Made by a program: the position numbers and the translations under genes
Assembly (NCBI GenBank): GCA_036172245.1
Contig: JAYWIR010000001.1
Coordinates: 10,540,001-10,604,000, forward strand
Length of the DNA: 64,000 nt
Direction of reading: 5' to 3'
Source of the DNA: Raillietiella orientalis
Lineage: Eukaryota
The notes under the pieces: generated by a model
Told to the model about the DNA's origin: nothing
The model's input: only the letters and a program-made list of their open reading frames with translations
Database searches by the model: none
Part shown: positions 63,400 to 64,000 of the stretch, piece by piece
Layout: every line of letters begins with the position of its first letter
Numbering within the stretch: the first letter of the stretch is position 1

Positions 63400-64000
63400 G
63401 CTTCTTCTTCACAGTCACTTCACAGTCAGGATGGTGGAAATCCTTTTGGGTTCTTCTGCTTTCCCTCTAGCTTTCTTTTTTTTTCTTTTGTTGATTCTCA
63501 AAGAGAACTGGAGGAACTGTCCGCCTCTTTGGGGGAGCTCACGAAACTCTTTAAACACTGCCCATGACATTTGAGGGTGTGTGTGACTTCAGTGAGGAAG
63601 TAACCCCAGAGGGACCACCCTGTGAATCCAGGAAGGCTCCGGAGGAAGTTCCTCTTACGCTTGGAAGGGAACCTCTTCCTCATTCTCTCCGGGGGGACCC
63701 CTCGGAAAGGGTCTCTTCTCACTTCTTCTCCGAAGGGAACCCGCAGAGGATCCGCTCCTTGTTTACGCCTCTGAAGAGCACCCCAAAGGGACGCTTCCCA
63801 ATTTCTCTGAAGAGTCTCTTCTTGAAGGGAGCAGCTCACTTCACATTCTGGAGAGGTTTTAGTCCACCGGCTCCATGGTACGAAATGGAGGGGGTCTCCC
63901 CCGAGGTGGGGGTATGGCTCCATCTTTCCAGCCGGAGGAGAACCCCGAAGGGCTCCTTGATTCCTGGAAGAACCCCGAAGGGTCAACTTCCATTCTCGGC
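63400..64000 (-). mobile_element. SINE-like repeat copy, truncated by window end
   Basis: Contains CTCCATGGTACGAAATGGAGGGGGTCTCCCCCGAG, also present at ~1536-1570, plus other family blocks. Confidence 0.75.

Noticed and set aside
58135-64000. Further neuroligin exons (expected GLFxRAIxxSG motif)
   Set aside because: Not found by eye or in the ORF track. The next exon probably lies beyond the window.

Overview
GC-rich, repeat-dense eukaryotic genomic DNA, probably from an arthropod. Almost all entries in the ORF track are spurious. The only host gene I can support is the 5' part of a + strand neuroligin, a catalytically inactive carboxylesterase-fold synaptic adhesion protein. It has three coding exons (46565-47003, 56024-56179, 57946-58134) joined by phase-1 GT-AG introns, a splice acceptor at 46275-46276, and a candidate non-coding first exon and core promoter about 25 kb upstream (~21286-21471). 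The gene continues beyond the window. The rest is mostly transposon-derived: about 12 copies or fragments of a ~650-700 bp tRNA-headed SINE-like repeat, several decayed L1/Tx1-like LINE fragments, and possible relics of a KDZ-type and other DNA transposases. There is also an 85-bp minisatellite and an AT-rich island. The most notable observation is that two LINE copies with different 5' truncation points sit antisense at the same position inside two different SINE copies, one with a clear ~14-bp target-site duplication. This suggests a site-specific retrotransposon that targets the SINE. Repeat boundaries and remnant protein identities were read by eye and are approximate.
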